Counted from the stretch's first letter, positions 41,278-51,383 are shown. The stretch: DNA of 64,000 nucleotides from Candidatus Moraniibacteriota bacterium (GCA_030679895.1 JAUXSN010000047.1:1328-65327), one strand, 5' to 3'. Notes: a model not told the origin generated them from the letters alone. A program made the numbers and translations.

Positions 41278-41628
41278 TCATTCGTTTTCGCGAATTAAGG
41301 ATGAAACCAGAAAATTTATGGCGCTTATCACGATTACCGCCCAAAACGCCGCGATCCAAGTATCGATTACCAGGGCTCCCACTATCTTGGCCGCCAGGTT
41401 AAGCATCAGCACATTGATTACGATGGTAAAAAGTCCGAGCGTTACCCAAATGAGCGGGGCGGAGATTATTTTTACAATCGGTTTTATGAGGAAATTTATC
41501 AATCCCAAAACCGCTCCCGCCAAAATCAGCCATTTCCAATCGCCGTAAAAATGAATGTCCGCGACCAGCCGCACCGCCGCCCAGATTCCAAGGGCGTTTG
41601 AAAGAACATGTATCAGTAAACGAAGCAT
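41278..41628 (-). CDS. YvlD/phage holin family 4 membrane protein
   Basis: LGLINFLIKPIVKIISAPL...TLGLFTIVIN. Confidence 0.88.
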   Translation of the reverse strand: MLRLLIHVLSNALGIWAAVRLVADIHFYGDWKWLILAGAVLGLINFLIKPIVKIISAPLIWVTLGLFTIVINVLMLNLAAKIVGALVIDTWIAAFWAVIVISAINFLVSSLIRENE

Positions 41629-41781
41629 ATGTGAAAGCTAAAATATGTTAGCAAGCAAAAATAAGCTAGTCAAGAAAATTTAATTATTGATTTGGATGTC
41701 ATCGTCCTCTTTACTATTTGTCAATTACCATTTACTATTTAACTACATTATACCTTTAGAATAAACTAATATCAACTTTAT

Positions 41782-42759
41782 ATGAAAAAACGCATTTTCT
41801 CCGGCATTCAGCCTTCGGGAACGCTCCATTTGGGGAATTACCTGGGCGCCATCAAAAATTGGGTAGCGCTCCAGGACAAATATGACTCTACTTTTTGCGT
41901 GGTTGATCTGCACGCGATTACTGTTCCCCAAAAACCCGCGGAGCTTCGCCAAAAAACTATTGAGGTGGCGAAAATATACCTTGCCGGCGGAGTGGATCCG
42001 GAAAAATCAGCTATTTTTGTCCAGTCGCACGTTTCGGAGCATACGGAACTGGCTTGGATCCTGAATACCATCACCAAGCTTCCCGAGCTGGAGCGGATGA
42101 CGCAATTCAAGGATAAGTCCCAACAGCATAATCAAAATATCAACGCCGGCCTTTTCAATTATCCGGTTCTTATGGCCGCGGATATTCTTTTATACGATAC
42201 CGACGTCGTTCCCGTCGGCGAAGATCAGGTCCAGCATATTGAAATCACCCGCACCCTTGCCCGCCGTTTCAACCAGATGTTCGGTGAAACTTTCACGGTT
42301 CCCGAACCTTATGTGGTGGAAGAGGGAATGCGGATTATGGGATTGGATGATCCGGCGAAAAAAATGAGCAAATCCGCCGAAAGCGCTTTCAATTATATTT
42401 CCCTCACCGACGATCCCGACACTGTCCGGGAAAAGATCAAAAAAGCCGTCACCGACAGCGAAAAGGAAATCAGATATTCGGACGAAAAACCCGCCATCAA
42501 GAATTTGATAAATATTTATTCCCTCCTCGACAACATCAAGCCTCAAGAAATCGAAGACATTTATCGCGACAAACGCTATTCCGAATTCAAAAATGATCTC
42601 GCTGAAACAATAATCGGCTTTTTGGAGCCTTTTCAGAAAAAATATAACGAAATTGATGACGGAGAAGTCCGAAAGATCCTGGGGGAAGGCGCAGAAAAAG
42701 TCCGGCCGATGGCCGAAAATAAAATGAGGGAAGTGAAGGAAAAAATGGGATTGATATAG
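41782..42759 (+). CDS. trpS: Tryptophan--tRNA ligase
   Basis: SGIQPSGTLHLGNY, YPVLMAADIL, VPVGEDQ and KMSKS motifs. Confidence 0.97.
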   Translation: MKKRIFSGIQPSGTLHLGNYLGAIKNWVALQDKYDSTFCVVDLHAITVPQKPAELRQKTIEVAKIYLAGGVDPEKSAIFVQSHVSEHTELAWILNTITKLPELERMTQFKDKSQQHNQNINAGLFNYPVLMAADILLYDTDVVPVGEDQVQHIEITRTLARRFNQMFGETFTVPEPYVVEEGMRIMGLDDPAKKMSKSAESAFNYISLTDDPDTVREKIKKAVTDSEKEIRYSDEKPAIKNLINIYSLLDNIKPQEIEDIYRDKRYSEFKNDLAETIIGFLEPFQKKYNEIDDGEVRKILGEGAEKVRPMAENKMREVKEKMGLI

Positions 42760-42775
42760 TTTTAAAATTATATGC

Positions 42776-42808
42776 AAAAAAGCCTGGTCAATTGACCAGG
42801 CTTTTTTT
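42776..42808. terminator. Bidirectional intrinsic terminator
   Basis: AAAAAAGCCTGGTCAATTGACCAGGCTTTTTTT. Confidence 0.85.
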
Positions 42809-42830
42809 ATTTGCCGAAGTTTATACAATT

Positions 42831-42880
42831 TGTCATTCCCGTCCCCGTTTTCACGAGGATAAACTCCAGCGGGAATCCAG
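42831..42880. repeat. Half-element of the 14551 family with an expanded loop
   Basis: TGTCATTCCCG-[TCCCCGTTTTCACGAGGATAAACTCCA]-GCGGGAATCCAG. Confidence 0.7.
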
Positions 42881-42890
42881 AAAAATAAAT

Positions 42891-42986
42891 CTAATTTCTA
42901 ATTATCCCCAGCACTTCATCCTTTTTTTCTTCCATCATCTTTTCTGTGTTGGCTTCGAGATTGAGGCGCAAAACCGGTTCTGTGTC
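42891..42986 (-). pseudogene. C-terminal remnant of a second phosphomannomutase/phosphoglucomutase
   Basis: Reads DTEPVLRLNLEANTEKMMEEKKDEVLGIIRN*, the canonical (SN)TEPxxRxxxEA domain-IV motif; no upstream reading frame. Confidence 0.75.
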
Positions 42987-43025
42987 TAAGATGATTACCA
43001 AGATAAGCTACTAAAATAAGTCCTT

Positions 43026-44450
43026 TTATTCTAAGCTTTTTTCATTAACAATATTATTCTTCCAATCGACTTCTGGATAACCGTGAAGAAAGGTATTGAG
43101 ATATTTTTTTAATTCGTCGTAACGCTCCTGCGTCTGGGCTTCGAATTTAATAGTCAGATATGGACCATTCTGAGAATAACGCACAACGAACATTGAATCG
43201 GGGAGGTCAAGCCTCACGCCATCCCCCGCTCGTTCGTCGGATATCACTTCAGCTTGAGGAAAATCTTTTATCAGCACTTGGCTCATCTTTTCAATTAACG
43301 CCGCTTTTTTATCATCAGCACATCCAAGTTTAATTTCCGGACTGGAAATATATTTAGGAAGACCTGCAACAGCCTGGGAAAGCGTCTGATTACTTCGGGA
43401 AAGATAATCAAGAAGGCGCAAAGTGGTATAGCAACCGTCATCATGATTGAAAAAATCTGCCGAAAAGAAAAAGTGGCCGGATAGCTCACCGATGAACGCA
43501 GCTTTTACTTCCTGGTTTTTCTTCTTTAGAAAAGAATGGCCGGTCCTCCACATAAATGGAACTCCTCCATATTTTTTTATGGTATCTTCGACGACCTTTG
43601 AGCAAAGAGTATTATACATAATCTTCTCGCCCGGATGCTTATCTAATACATCAATAGAAAACAAAGCTACGAGAACATCGTTCCAGATAATCCCCCCCTT
43701 GTCATCTACTATTCCGATTCTATCCCCATCCGCGTCATAAGAAAAACCCAGATCGGCTTTCTCTTCCAGGACTTTCTCTCTTAAGCGTTCTGCAACAGCG
43801 ATTTCCGTCGGATCCGGTGTTCCAACGGGAAAAGTCGGGTCAAGATTGCAGTTGCTCTCAATAACCTCGACTCCAAATGCCCTAAGTACTTTTGGAACAA
43901 TAACTCCAGCGGTCGAACAGCTAGGATCAATAACCACTCTCATTTTTTTTGTAACGCTTATTCTTTCTTTTAAATCTTTGATATAAGCATCGAGAATATC
44001 TTGTTGCTCTACTTTTCCTTTCTTTTCACTCTTTTCATAATCTTCTTCCTCGACCATCCGTCGAAGCTCATTCATTCCATCACTAACTAAAGTCTCCGAA
44101 AAATCGATGGCGATTTTTGCGCCGTTATACTCCGCTGGATTATGCGATGCTGTTATAAAAGCTCCGCCTTTCCTTTTGAAATAGTATTGTGACCAATAAA
44201 AAGTGCCCACCATGGTCATTCCTATATTTATCGTGTCAACACCGGCCCAACTAAAACCACGAATAAGCGCGTCCGCGTATTCAGGACTCGTTGCACGAGA
44301 GTCGTAGCCAACAACTGCTTCGTAAATACCATGCCGCTTCATGTAAGTTCCATGGGCTTTGCCGAGATGTTCCATGAATTCTGGGCTAAGATCCGTTCCG
44401 ACTAAACCTCTTAAATCGTACGCACGAAAGATATGGGGGCTGATTTTCAT
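43026..44450 (-). CDS. Phosphomannomutase/phosphoglucomutase
   Basis: FRAYDLRG, TASHNP, DADGDR and GELSGH motifs. Confidence 0.95.
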   Translation of the reverse strand: MKISPHIFRAYDLRGLVGTDLSPEFMEHLGKAHGTYMKRHGIYEAVVGYDSRATSPEYADALIRGFSWAGVDTINIGMTMVGTFYWSQYYFKRKGGAFITASHNPAEYNGAKIAIDFSETLVSDGMNELRRMVEEEDYEKSEKKGKVEQQDILDAYIKDLKERISVTKKMRVVIDPSCSTAGVIVPKVLRAFGVEVIESNCNLDPTFPVGTPDPTEIAVAERLREKVLEEKADLGFSYDADGDRIGIVDDKGGIIWNDVLVALFSIDVLDKHPGEKIMYNTLCSKVVEDTIKKYGGVPFMWRTGHSFLKKKNQEVKAAFIGELSGHFFFSADFFNHDDGCYTTLRLLDYLSRSNQTLSQAVAGLPKYISSPEIKLGCADDKKAALIEKMSQVLIKDFPQAEVISDERAGDGVRLDLPDSMFVVRYSQNGPYLTIKFEAQTQERYDELKKYLNTFLHGYPEVDWKNNIVNEKSLE

Positions 44451-44481
44451 AAATTTAATTTAAAAATTATTCGGATTCCCC

Positions 44482-45561
44482 TTATAAATACTTCTTCCCC
44501 TTTTCCTTCAACTTCTCCACCGCTTTTTTCACCTCCTGCGCGCGGGATTTTGTGCAAACGAGAAGCGCGTCGTCAGTATCAACGATCACGAGGTCGTCCA
44601 CGCCGATGGTCGCGATCATTTTCCCCTCCCGGCCGTAAATAAGGCACCCGGAAGTATCAATGTTTATCCGTTCGCCGAAAACCACGTTGTTATTCTCGTC
44701 CGTGTTAACAAGCATATTCTGATAGAGCGTATCCCAGGCGCCGATATCATCCCAATCAAAGTCTCCGCGAATAATGAGAAGCTCCGAAGGATCCATTTTT
44801 TCCGTAATGGCATAATCAATGGAAATTTTTTCCATAGTTCCATACAGATCTTCGATTTCCTTTTCCTTGCTTTTCTCTCCCAGCAGTTTTTGTATTTTCA
44901 TCAGCACCGCGTGCGTTTCCGGCGCGTATTTCTCATAAGCTTCAAGAAATTTCCTGGGCGTCCACATATAATAGTTGGCATGCCACAAATAGTTTCCCTC
45001 TTTCAGATATTGCTGCGCTGTTTCGCGATCCGGTTTTTCCTTGTGTCCCAAAAATTCAAAAAATTCAACCCCATCCGACTCACGAATGCGTTTTCCCACT
45101 TTTGTGTATCCTAGCGTCGTGGTGGGGCTGGTCGGATGGACGGAAATGTCGAGAAGCTTTCCGGTTTCAAGAATGGCTTTTTCCGCCTCGCGGATGGAGC
45201 GCAAGAACTTATCCACTTGTCCGATGTGATGATCAGCCGGAATGAAAGCCATCGGCTCATCCGGATCAATGGTAAAAAGATAGTTGGCCACATATCCCAT
45301 CGCCGGAGCGGTATCCCGAAGAGCCGGCTCCACAATATAGTTGCTTTCCGGAAAGCCAGGCAAGGCTTTTTTTATTTTCTCGACCAGGGATTTGGTGGTG
45401 GAAATGAATATTTTTTCTTTGGGCCACTCTTTGAAACGATCCAAAGTTTCCTCCAGCATTGTTTTCTCGGAAACGAGTTTGCAAAGCTGTTTGGGCAAAT
45501 CTGCCCGGCTCATCGGCCAAAAACGCGTCCCCGTACCGCCCGCCAAAATGACGATTTTCAT
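44482..45561 (-). CDS. manC: Mannose-1-phosphate guanylyltransferase
   Basis: LAGGTGTRFWPMSR..PKQ, EPALRDTAPA, SIDYA and WDDIGAW motifs. Confidence 0.92.
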   Translation of the reverse strand: MKIVILAGGTGTRFWPMSRADLPKQLCKLVSEKTMLEETLDRFKEWPKEKIFISTTKSLVEKIKKALPGFPESNYIVEPALRDTAPAMGYVANYLFTIDPDEPMAFIPADHHIGQVDKFLRSIREAEKAILETGKLLDISVHPTSPTTTLGYTKVGKRIRESDGVEFFEFLGHKEKPDRETAQQYLKEGNYLWHANYYMWTPRKFLEAYEKYAPETHAVLMKIQKLLGEKSKEKEIEDLYGTMEKISIDYAITEKMDPSELLIIRGDFDWDDIGAWDTLYQNMLVNTDENNNVVFGERINIDTSGCLIYGREGKMIATIGVDDLVIVDTDDALLVCTKSRAQEVKKAVEKLKEKGKKYL

Positions 45562-45701
45562 ATAGCTTATATTAACGGTTATATTACACTTGTAATTAAA
45601 TCACGAGACGAAGAAAAAATAAAGAGTGGAAAAGTCTGCACAATCTGCTTAAAATAATCCGCTATTAACAAATATCTTTTTGTCTGCTAGCATTTATCCG
45701 T

Positions 45702-46751
45702 ATGAGCCTAAAAGTCGGAATTGTGGGGCTGCCGAATGTGGGGAAATCCACCCTCTTCAAAGCCCTCACCAAAAATCCGGTGGATATCGCCAATTACCCC
45801 TTTTGCACGATTGAACCCAATGTCGGAATTGTGAAAGTGCCGGATGTTCGGTTGGAAAAATTGGCGAAAATGTCGAAGTCGGCCAAGATTGTGCCGACGG
45901 TTATTGAATTTGTCGATATTGCCGGGCTTGTGAAAGGCGCGGCCGAGGGCGAAGGATTGGGAAACAAATTTCTCTCTCACATTCGCGAAGTGGACGCCAT
46001 CGCGCAGGTTGTGCGTATCTTCGAGGATAAAAATATCACTCACGTCCACGATAAAATCGATCCGCAAAATGACATTGAGATAATCAACACGGAACTCATC
46101 ATTGCTGATCTCGATACTGTGGCCAAGAGAATGTCGAAGCTAGAAAAAGAAGCCCGCGGACAAAACAAAGAAGCTATCAAAACTCTGGAAATTGTGAAAA
46201 AAATAAAAGATATTCTGGATCAGGGAAAATTGGCCTGCGAACTGAAATTAAGCGACGAGGATTTTTCGTTGGTGCGCGATATGCAGCTCCTCACCTGGAA
46301 ACCCGTGCTATATATTTTAAATACAAAAGATAATTCACTTGGAAACTCGGTTTCCAAGTTTACGGAAAATTTACCTTCAGTGAGAATGGATATAAAAATC
46401 GAAGAAGAACTCTCCCAAATGTCCGCGGAAGAAGCCGCGGAGCTTGGTATGAAATCAAATCTCGATGAGCTAATTTTGAAATCTTATGAAATTCTCAACT
46501 TAATCACTTTTCTCACCACCGGCGAAGACGAAACCCGCGCCTGGACTATTAAAAAAGACTCAACCGCGCCGATTGCGGGCCGAGCCATTCATTCTGATTT
46601 TGAAGAAAAATTCATCCGCGCCGACGTCATCAACTGGAAAAAACTTCTCGAGGCCGAATCGTGGGCGAAAGCCCGCGATCTCGGCACGCTCCGCACAGAA
46701 GGAAAAGAATATATCGTCCAAGACGGGGATGTGGTGGAGTTTAAGATATAA
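45702..46751 (+). CDS. ychF: Redox-regulated ATPase YchF
   Basis: GLPNVGKST, NYPFCTIEPN, DIAGLV and EGKEYIVQDGD motifs. Confidence 0.97.
   Translation: MSLKVGIVGLPNVGKSTLFKALTKNPVDIANYPFCTIEPNVGIVKVPDVRLEKLAKMSKSAKIVPTVIEFVDIAGLVKGAAEGEGLGNKFLSHIREVDAIAQVVRIFEDKNITHVHDKIDPQNDIEIINTELIIADLDTVAKRMSKLEKEARGQNKEAIKTLEIVKKIKDILDQGKLACELKLSDEDFSLVRDMQLLTWKPVLYILNTKDNSLGNSVSKFTENLPSVRMDIKIEEELSQMSAEEAAELGMKSNLDELILKSYEILNLITFLTTGEDETRAWTIKKDSTAPIAGRAIHSDFEEKFIRADVINWKKLLEAESWAKARDLGTLRTEGKEYIVQDGDVVEFKI
46337..46359. repeat. 23-bp palindrome inside ychF
   Basis: ACTTGGAAAC-TCG-GTTTCCAAGT, encoding LGNSVSK. Confidence 0.6.
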
Positions 46752-46773
46752 TTTACTCTTTTTTAGAACCGAC

Positions 46774-46983
46774 TTAGACTTTTTTTTCAACCCCTTCTAT
46801 ATCATCCGCAATCCTTTCAAGTCCTGGAAAATATATCTCTGCACCTGGTCTATCTTCGGCTTCGGCTTTTAGCTGCCTATTTCTGGCACGCATCCTAAAA
46901 AATTCTTTACGAGCTTCTTGCTTCATATGCTCAACTAATTGCACCGGGCTTTCGCTTCCCTTTTCTCTTTCTAATTTTACCAT
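46774..46983 (-). CDS. Small hypothetical protein (69 aa)
   Basis: ORF track; charged, helical composition; overlapped by the stop of the upstream small ORF. Confidence 0.5.
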   Translation of the reverse strand: MVKLEREKGSESPVQLVEHMKQEARKEFFRMRARNRQLKAEAEDRPGAEIYFPGLERIADDIEGVEKKV

Positions 46984-47138
46984 ATTTTTCTGTTATTTTT
47001 ATTACTTTTAGGAATTGCATAAATTTTTTTAGCAATCTCCTCTTGTCTTGCCTCGATATCCTTAAGCTCTTTCAGAGCTTCGTCATAAGATTTCCTCATC
47101 TTTTCTATATCCTTTTTCGCTTTTTCTTCGTCAAACAT
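46977..47138 (-). CDS. Small hypothetical coiled-coil protein (53 aa)
   Basis: Manual translation: MFDEEKAKKDIEKMRKSYDEALKELKDIEARQEEIAKKIYAIPKSNKNNRKIW*. Confidence 0.45.
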   Translation of the reverse strand: MFDEEKAKKDIEKMRKSYDEALKELKDIEARQEEIAKKIYAIPKSNKNNRKIW

Positions 47139-47226
47139 AATGAGTATAAATGAATGTTATTATTGTTATTTTAACATATAATCATAAATTATTACAAATT
47201 TACGATTTACTAGGAACTTTATTGAG

Positions 47227-47286
47227 GTTCACCCTGCTAAATCCTGCGAAACAGGTGCGGACGTGCCGCAATTTAACAGGGTAAAC
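47227..47286. repeat. 60-bp element with ~16-bp imperfect terminal inverted repeats
   Basis: GTTCACCCTGCTAAAT ... ATTTAACAGGGTAAAC. Confidence 0.6.
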
Positions 47287-47315
47287 TTGCCAAAAAATAG
47301 GTTATTTGCTAGACT
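47287..47315 (+). promoter_or_regulatory. Promoter of rpsF-ssb-rpsR-efp
   Basis: TTGCCA-N17-TAGACT with TG extension. Confidence 0.65.
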
Positions 47316-47433
47316 AATGATACAAAAAAAGAAAGTCCTACGTCTTCTCGTCCCGCCTTGGCGGGAATAAGAAGACAACACCCCGCTAAGACAGGATTTT
47401 CTTTAGCGGATTTTAAATTTTTTTGATATTCTT

Positions 47434-47886
47434 ATGGAGTACGAGTTATTGTTTTTCACCTACGCTTCCAACGAAAACAAAGTTCCTGGCATCAAAAAGG
47501 AATTGGAAGAAATTCTCACTAATCACGGCGGAAAATTATCCGGCGATTTTACCGATATCGGAAAAAGGAAATTCGCTTATCCAATCAAACGGGAAACGCA
47601 CGGATATTACAGCTTTGTCCGCCTCACGCTGGAAGACACGGCGAAATTACCGGAAATCAATAAGCGCATTGGCCTCAATAATCAAGTGACGCGCCACTTG
47701 ATCGTTAAAGCCTCCGAAGTCGGAAAGCCTGTCTCCGCCAGCGGTACACCGCCGCAAGAAATTATGGCCGAAGAAAAAAAGATTGAAGAAATCCCTCAAG
47801 AAAAAGCCAGTGAATCAAAGCCTAAGGCCAATATGGATGATTTGGACGAAAAACTGAATGAACTGCTGGACGAAACACCGAGCTAA
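47434..47886 (+). CDS. rpsF: 30S ribosomal protein S6 (acidic C-terminal extension)
   Basis: MEYELLF...IGKRKFAYPIK..HGYY; first gene of rpsF-ssb-rpsR. Confidence 0.93.
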   Translation: MEYELLFFTYASNENKVPGIKKELEEILTNHGGKLSGDFTDIGKRKFAYPIKRETHGYYSFVRLTLEDTAKLPEINKRIGLNNQVTRHLIVKASEVGKPVSASGTPPQEIMAEEKKIEEIPQEKASESKPKANMDDLDEKLNELLDETPS

Positions 47887-47928
47887 GACAATTTTAAATT
47901 TAGAATTTTAAATTTTAAATTCACGACT

Positions 47929-48423
47929 ATGGACCTAAACAAAGTAATGCTAATCGGTAACATTACCCGGGATCCGGAGCTGCGAAGCACTCCTTCAGGG
48001 CAGTCTGTGGCTTCTTTCGGCCTCGCCACAAACAGGGTTTGGAAAGATCCGTCTTCCGGAGAACGAAAAAGCGCGGCTGAATTTCATAACATTGTCGCTT
48101 GGAGAAAGTTGGCTGAAATTTGCGGGCAATACCTTCGAAAAGGCAGCAAAGTTTATGTCGAAGGACGGCTCCAGACTCGCAACTGGCAGGGTCAGGACGG
48201 AAACAAAAGGTATATGACCGAAGTCATTATGGAGAATATGATTATGCTTGATCGAAAACCGCAGGGAGACTTTCCGCCCTCATCCAACATGCCGCAACAG
48301 GCCGCTTCAGCTTCCGGATCACAAGCTCCCGCCCAGCCCGCTCCATCTCAACCGGAAGAAATTCCGACCATTCAAATCGACGAAAACCAGGACGAAGTAA
48401 GAATTGAAGATATACCGTTCTAA
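47929..48423 (+). CDS. ssb: Single-stranded DNA-binding protein
   Basis: LNKVMLIGNITRDPELR...EDIPF tail. Confidence 0.97.
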   Translation: MDLNKVMLIGNITRDPELRSTPSGQSVASFGLATNRVWKDPSSGERKSAAEFHNIVAWRKLAEICGQYLRKGSKVYVEGRLQTRNWQGQDGNKRYMTEVIMENMIMLDRKPQGDFPPSSNMPQQAASASGSQAPAQPAPSQPEEIPTIQIDENQDEVRIEDIPF

Positions 48424-48659
48424 TGAAAAACATGAACCAGCAACAGATTCAGGCTCCAAAAAAATCTTGCTACTTCTGCAGCAATAATATTGATGCTGTC
48501 GATTACAAGGATACTCTTTTGATGCGAAAATTTATGAATTCGCAAGCCAAGATCGTCCCGCCGCGCCGATCCGGCAATTGCGCCAGACACCAGCGGATGG
48601 TGACCCGGTCCATCAAACGGGCCAGGGCAATGGCGCTTCTTTCGTATACGATAAAGTAA
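48423..48659 (+). CDS. rpsR: 30S ribosomal protein S18
   Basis: CYFC...VDYKD...KIVPPRRSGNCARHQR. Confidence 0.96.
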   Translation: MKNMNQQQIQAPKKSCYFCSNNIDAVDYKDTLLMRKFMNSQAKIVPPRRSGNCARHQRMVTRSIKRARAMALLSYTIK

Positions 48660-48662
48660 ATT

Positions 48663-49226
48663 ATGCTGAATTTATCCGATATCAAAACCGGAAAAGCCAT
48701 CGCTTTCAGTGGCGAACCTTATTTGGTGACTTTTCACCAGCATTCCAAAACCGGAAGGGCGGGAGCGGTTTTACGCACCAAGCTTCGCAATCTCAAGACC
48801 GGAGCCGTTCTTGAAAAAACATTCCAAGGCGCGGATAAAATCGAAGAGGCCGACATCGCCAAAACCAAAGCCCAGTATCTTTATCTGGACGGATCTGATT
48901 TCGCGTTTATGGATAGCGTTTCCTTTGAACAGTTTATTCTTCCTAAATCCGTCATCGGCGATTTATCCAAATATTTGGTGGAAAATACCGAAGTCACGGT
49001 CCTGAACCACAACAATCAGCCGATCAACATCGAACTTCCGGTCAAAATGGAATTCAAGGTCGTGGAAGCCCCGCCCGCCATCCGCGGCAACACGGCCGAC
49101 GGCGGAACGAAACTCGTGACTCTCGAAACCGGGATCAAAGTCAACACTCCGCTTTTTATAAAAGAAGGTGACATTCTCCGCATCAACACCGAAACGGGAG
49201 AATATGCGGAGAGGGCAAATAAATAA
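48663..49226 (+). CDS. efp: Elongation factor P
   Basis: HSKTGRAGAVLRTKLRNL...TLETG..V.TPLFIKEGD. Confidence 0.95.
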   Translation: MLNLSDIKTGKAIAFSGEPYLVTFHQHSKTGRAGAVLRTKLRNLKTGAVLEKTFQGADKIEEADIAKTKAQYLYLDGSDFAFMDSVSFEQFILPKSVIGDLSKYLVENTEVTVLNHNNQPINIELPVKMEFKVVEAPPAIRGNTADGGTKLVTLETGIKVNTPLFIKEGDILRINTETGEYAERANK

Positions 49227-49284
49227 TATCACGTTATAAAATATTTTATATTTTCGCTACAATATACTGTAGTTTTTTTATAAC

Positions 49285-49321
49285 AAAAAAGCGGCTGCTT
49301 TCACCCAAAGCGCCGCTTTTT
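49285..49321. terminator. Bidirectional terminator between efp and recA
   Basis: AAAAAAGCGGCTGCTTT-CACCC-AAAGCGCCGCTTTTT. Confidence 0.7.
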
Positions 49322-49357
49322 CTTTTTCCCTCTTTATCCAATTTTTGTTTTCTGCAT

Positions 49358-50362
49358 TTATTCTTTCACCTTTTCCTTTATCGCTTTCAGAATTTCTCCA
49401 AACACTTTCGGATTTTCTTTGAGGAAAGTTCTCGCTTTTTCGCGCCCGACGCCGATCCGCACCTCGCCGAAAGAAAAAGAATTTCCGGTTTTGGCAACCA
49501 CTTCGTATTTCACTCCGGTATCAATAAGATCGCCCTCTTTCGAGATCCCTTCGTTATATATGATATCAAACTCCGTCACCTGAAAAGGCGGAGCCACCTT
49601 GTTTTTCACTATTTTGGCTTTTACCCGGTTTCCGACAATGACATCTCCTTGTTTGATTTGCGCCATCCGGCGAACTTCAATGCGGACGGAGGAATAGAAT
49701 TTGAGCGCGTTTCCGCCGGGAGTCGTTTCCGGATTGCCGAACATCACTCCGATCTTCATTCGGATCTGGTTGATGAAAATCACGGTCACATTGCCCTTGG
49801 CCACGATCGCTGTCAGCTTGCGCAGAGCCTGCGACATAAGACGCGCTTGGCGGCCGATATGATGATCACCCATTTCTCCTTCAATTTCGGCTTGGGGCGT
49901 GAGAGCCGCAACAGAATCCACCGCGATCACGTCCACCGCGCCCGAGCGCACCAATGTTTCCACGATATCCAGCGCCTGTTCCCCGTTGTCGGGCTGGGAA
50001 ATCAGAAGCTCTTCCAGATTCACGCCGATTTTTTTGGCGTAGACCGGATCCAGCGCGTGTTCGGCGTCAATGAAAGCGGCCGTCCCCTCTTTTTGGGCGT
50101 TCGCCACGATATTGAGAGCCAGCGTTGTTTTTCCTGATGATTCCGGACCGTAAATTTCAATGATCCTCCCCCGCGGAACTCCTCCGATCCCGAGAGCGAT
50201 ATCAAGCGAAGGCGAACCGGTGGGAAAGGCCGCCACATCCACCCTCTTCACATCCCCCAATTTCATAATCGATCCTTCGCCGAAACGATCCTTTATTTCT
50301 TTGACGGTTTCTTCGAGAACATTTTGCTTGCTTTCTTTTTCTTGATCTTTTTCTTTGGTCAT
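49358..50362 (-). CDS. recA: Recombinase RecA
   Basis: [33 protein letters not shown] and KNKVAPPF motifs. Confidence 0.98.
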   Translation of the reverse strand: MTKEKDQEKESKQNVLEETVKEIKDRFGEGSIMKLGDVKRVDVAAFPTGSPSLDIALGIGGVPRGRIIEIYGPESSGKTTLALNIVANAQKEGTAAFIDAEHALDPVYAKKIGVNLEELLISQPDNGEQALDIVETLVRSGAVDVIAVDSVAALTPQAEIEGEMGDHHIGRQARLMSQALRKLTAIVAKGNVTVIFINQIRMKIGVMFGNPETTPGGNALKFYSSVRIEVRRMAQIKQGDVIVGNRVKAKIVKNKVAPPFQVTEFDIIYNEGISKEGDLIDTGVKYEVVAKTGNSFSFGEVRIGVGREKARTFLKENPKVFGEILKAIKEKVKE

Positions 50363-50378
50363 ATATTTTCTTATAAAA

Positions 50379-51383
50379 TTAATCGCTGGGCGTGAACAAT
50401 ACGTCTCTCACAATCCCGGGATTGTCGGCAAAAATCTTTTCGGGTTTCCCGTTAACTTTGATAAAAGTCTGATTGGCTTTGCCGCTGGTGATTCGAATTT
50501 CTTTTTCTCCTTTGAAATTCTGGGCCGCTCCCGGAAGCATCGTGCCTGAATATACCAGATTCCCGTCCGACTCGACTGAAAGCCAGGTAGGAAGAGATTC
50601 CGCCCGAACCGCCACCTCAACTCCTTTTTTATTTTCCGTCTGATCGCCGTCTACCTGCCCGTTTCCGTTTTCTTCCAGATTCGGCTTATAGGCCAGATCC
50701 GGTTTTTGATAATCAGATTTTATATTGATCTTTTTTGAAACATTTTTCCCGAACCTGTTTGTAGCAGAGATGGTGATCGCGTTGAGTCCCTCCTGCAATA
50801 AAATACTTTCTCGAAATTCTCCGTTATCGTTTACCAAGACCGACTGATCGTTGATGGTCAGTTTGGCATCTTGGTCGGTAAAACCGATAACGTCGATGGA
50901 ATTTCCCTCAATAGCTTCGTCGCCCAACGGTTCGGTGATCGCCAGCCTCGGCACGGCGGCAAACCGGCCAATTTCTTTATACAAAAAAAGGAACCCGCCA
51001 AGCACCACAAGTGAGATAGCGGCTGCCGTAATAATTTTAGGAGTAATGACAAAGCGCGGAACCCGGACTGATTTAGGCGCTGATCCGGCATCTCCTCTTT
51101 TTGTCAGATTATTTTTAATGTCCTTCTCCCGCTGATAAAGTTCGATCAACTTTTTCGAATCAACACCGAGATATTCAGCGTAGTTTCGCAGGAATCCTTT
51201 CACATAAACGTCTGGAGGCAGCGAATCATAGTCGCTTTCCTCGATCATAGTCAAATATCGGACAGGTATTTTGGTTTCCCTGGAAATCTCCGAGAGCGTT
51301 ATCCTTCCTTCGGAACGTATTTTTTTCAGCTGTTCGCCCAGCGTATAGGAATTGATTTTTTTTTGGGTAAAACCGCGAAACAT
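50379..51383 (-). CDS. RodZ-like protein (Xre HTH, TM, Ig-like, DUF4115-like C-terminus)
   Basis: LGEQLKKIR...[14 protein letters not shown]; adjacent to ftsK as for rodZ. Confidence 0.85.
   Translation of the reverse strand: MFRGFTQKKINSYTLGEQLKKIRSEGRITLSEISRETKIPVRYLTMIEESDYDSLPPDVYVKGFLRNYAEYLGVDSKKLIELYQREKDIKNNLTKRGDAGSAPKSVRVPRFVITPKIITAAAISLVVLGGFLFLYKEIGRFAAVPRLAITEPLGDEAIEGNSIDVIGFTDQDAKLTINDQSVLVNDNGEFRESILLQEGLNAITISATNRFGKNVSKKINIKSDYQKPDLAYKPNLEENGNGQVDGDQTENKKGVEVAVRAESLPTWLSVESDGNLVYSGTMLPGAAQNFKGEKEIRITSGKANQTFIKVNGKPEKIFADNPGIVRDVLFTPSD

Noticed and set aside
41278-41628. Holin as evidence of a prophage
   Set aside because: YvlD-type proteins are common chromosomal genes; no phage genes or integrase nearby.
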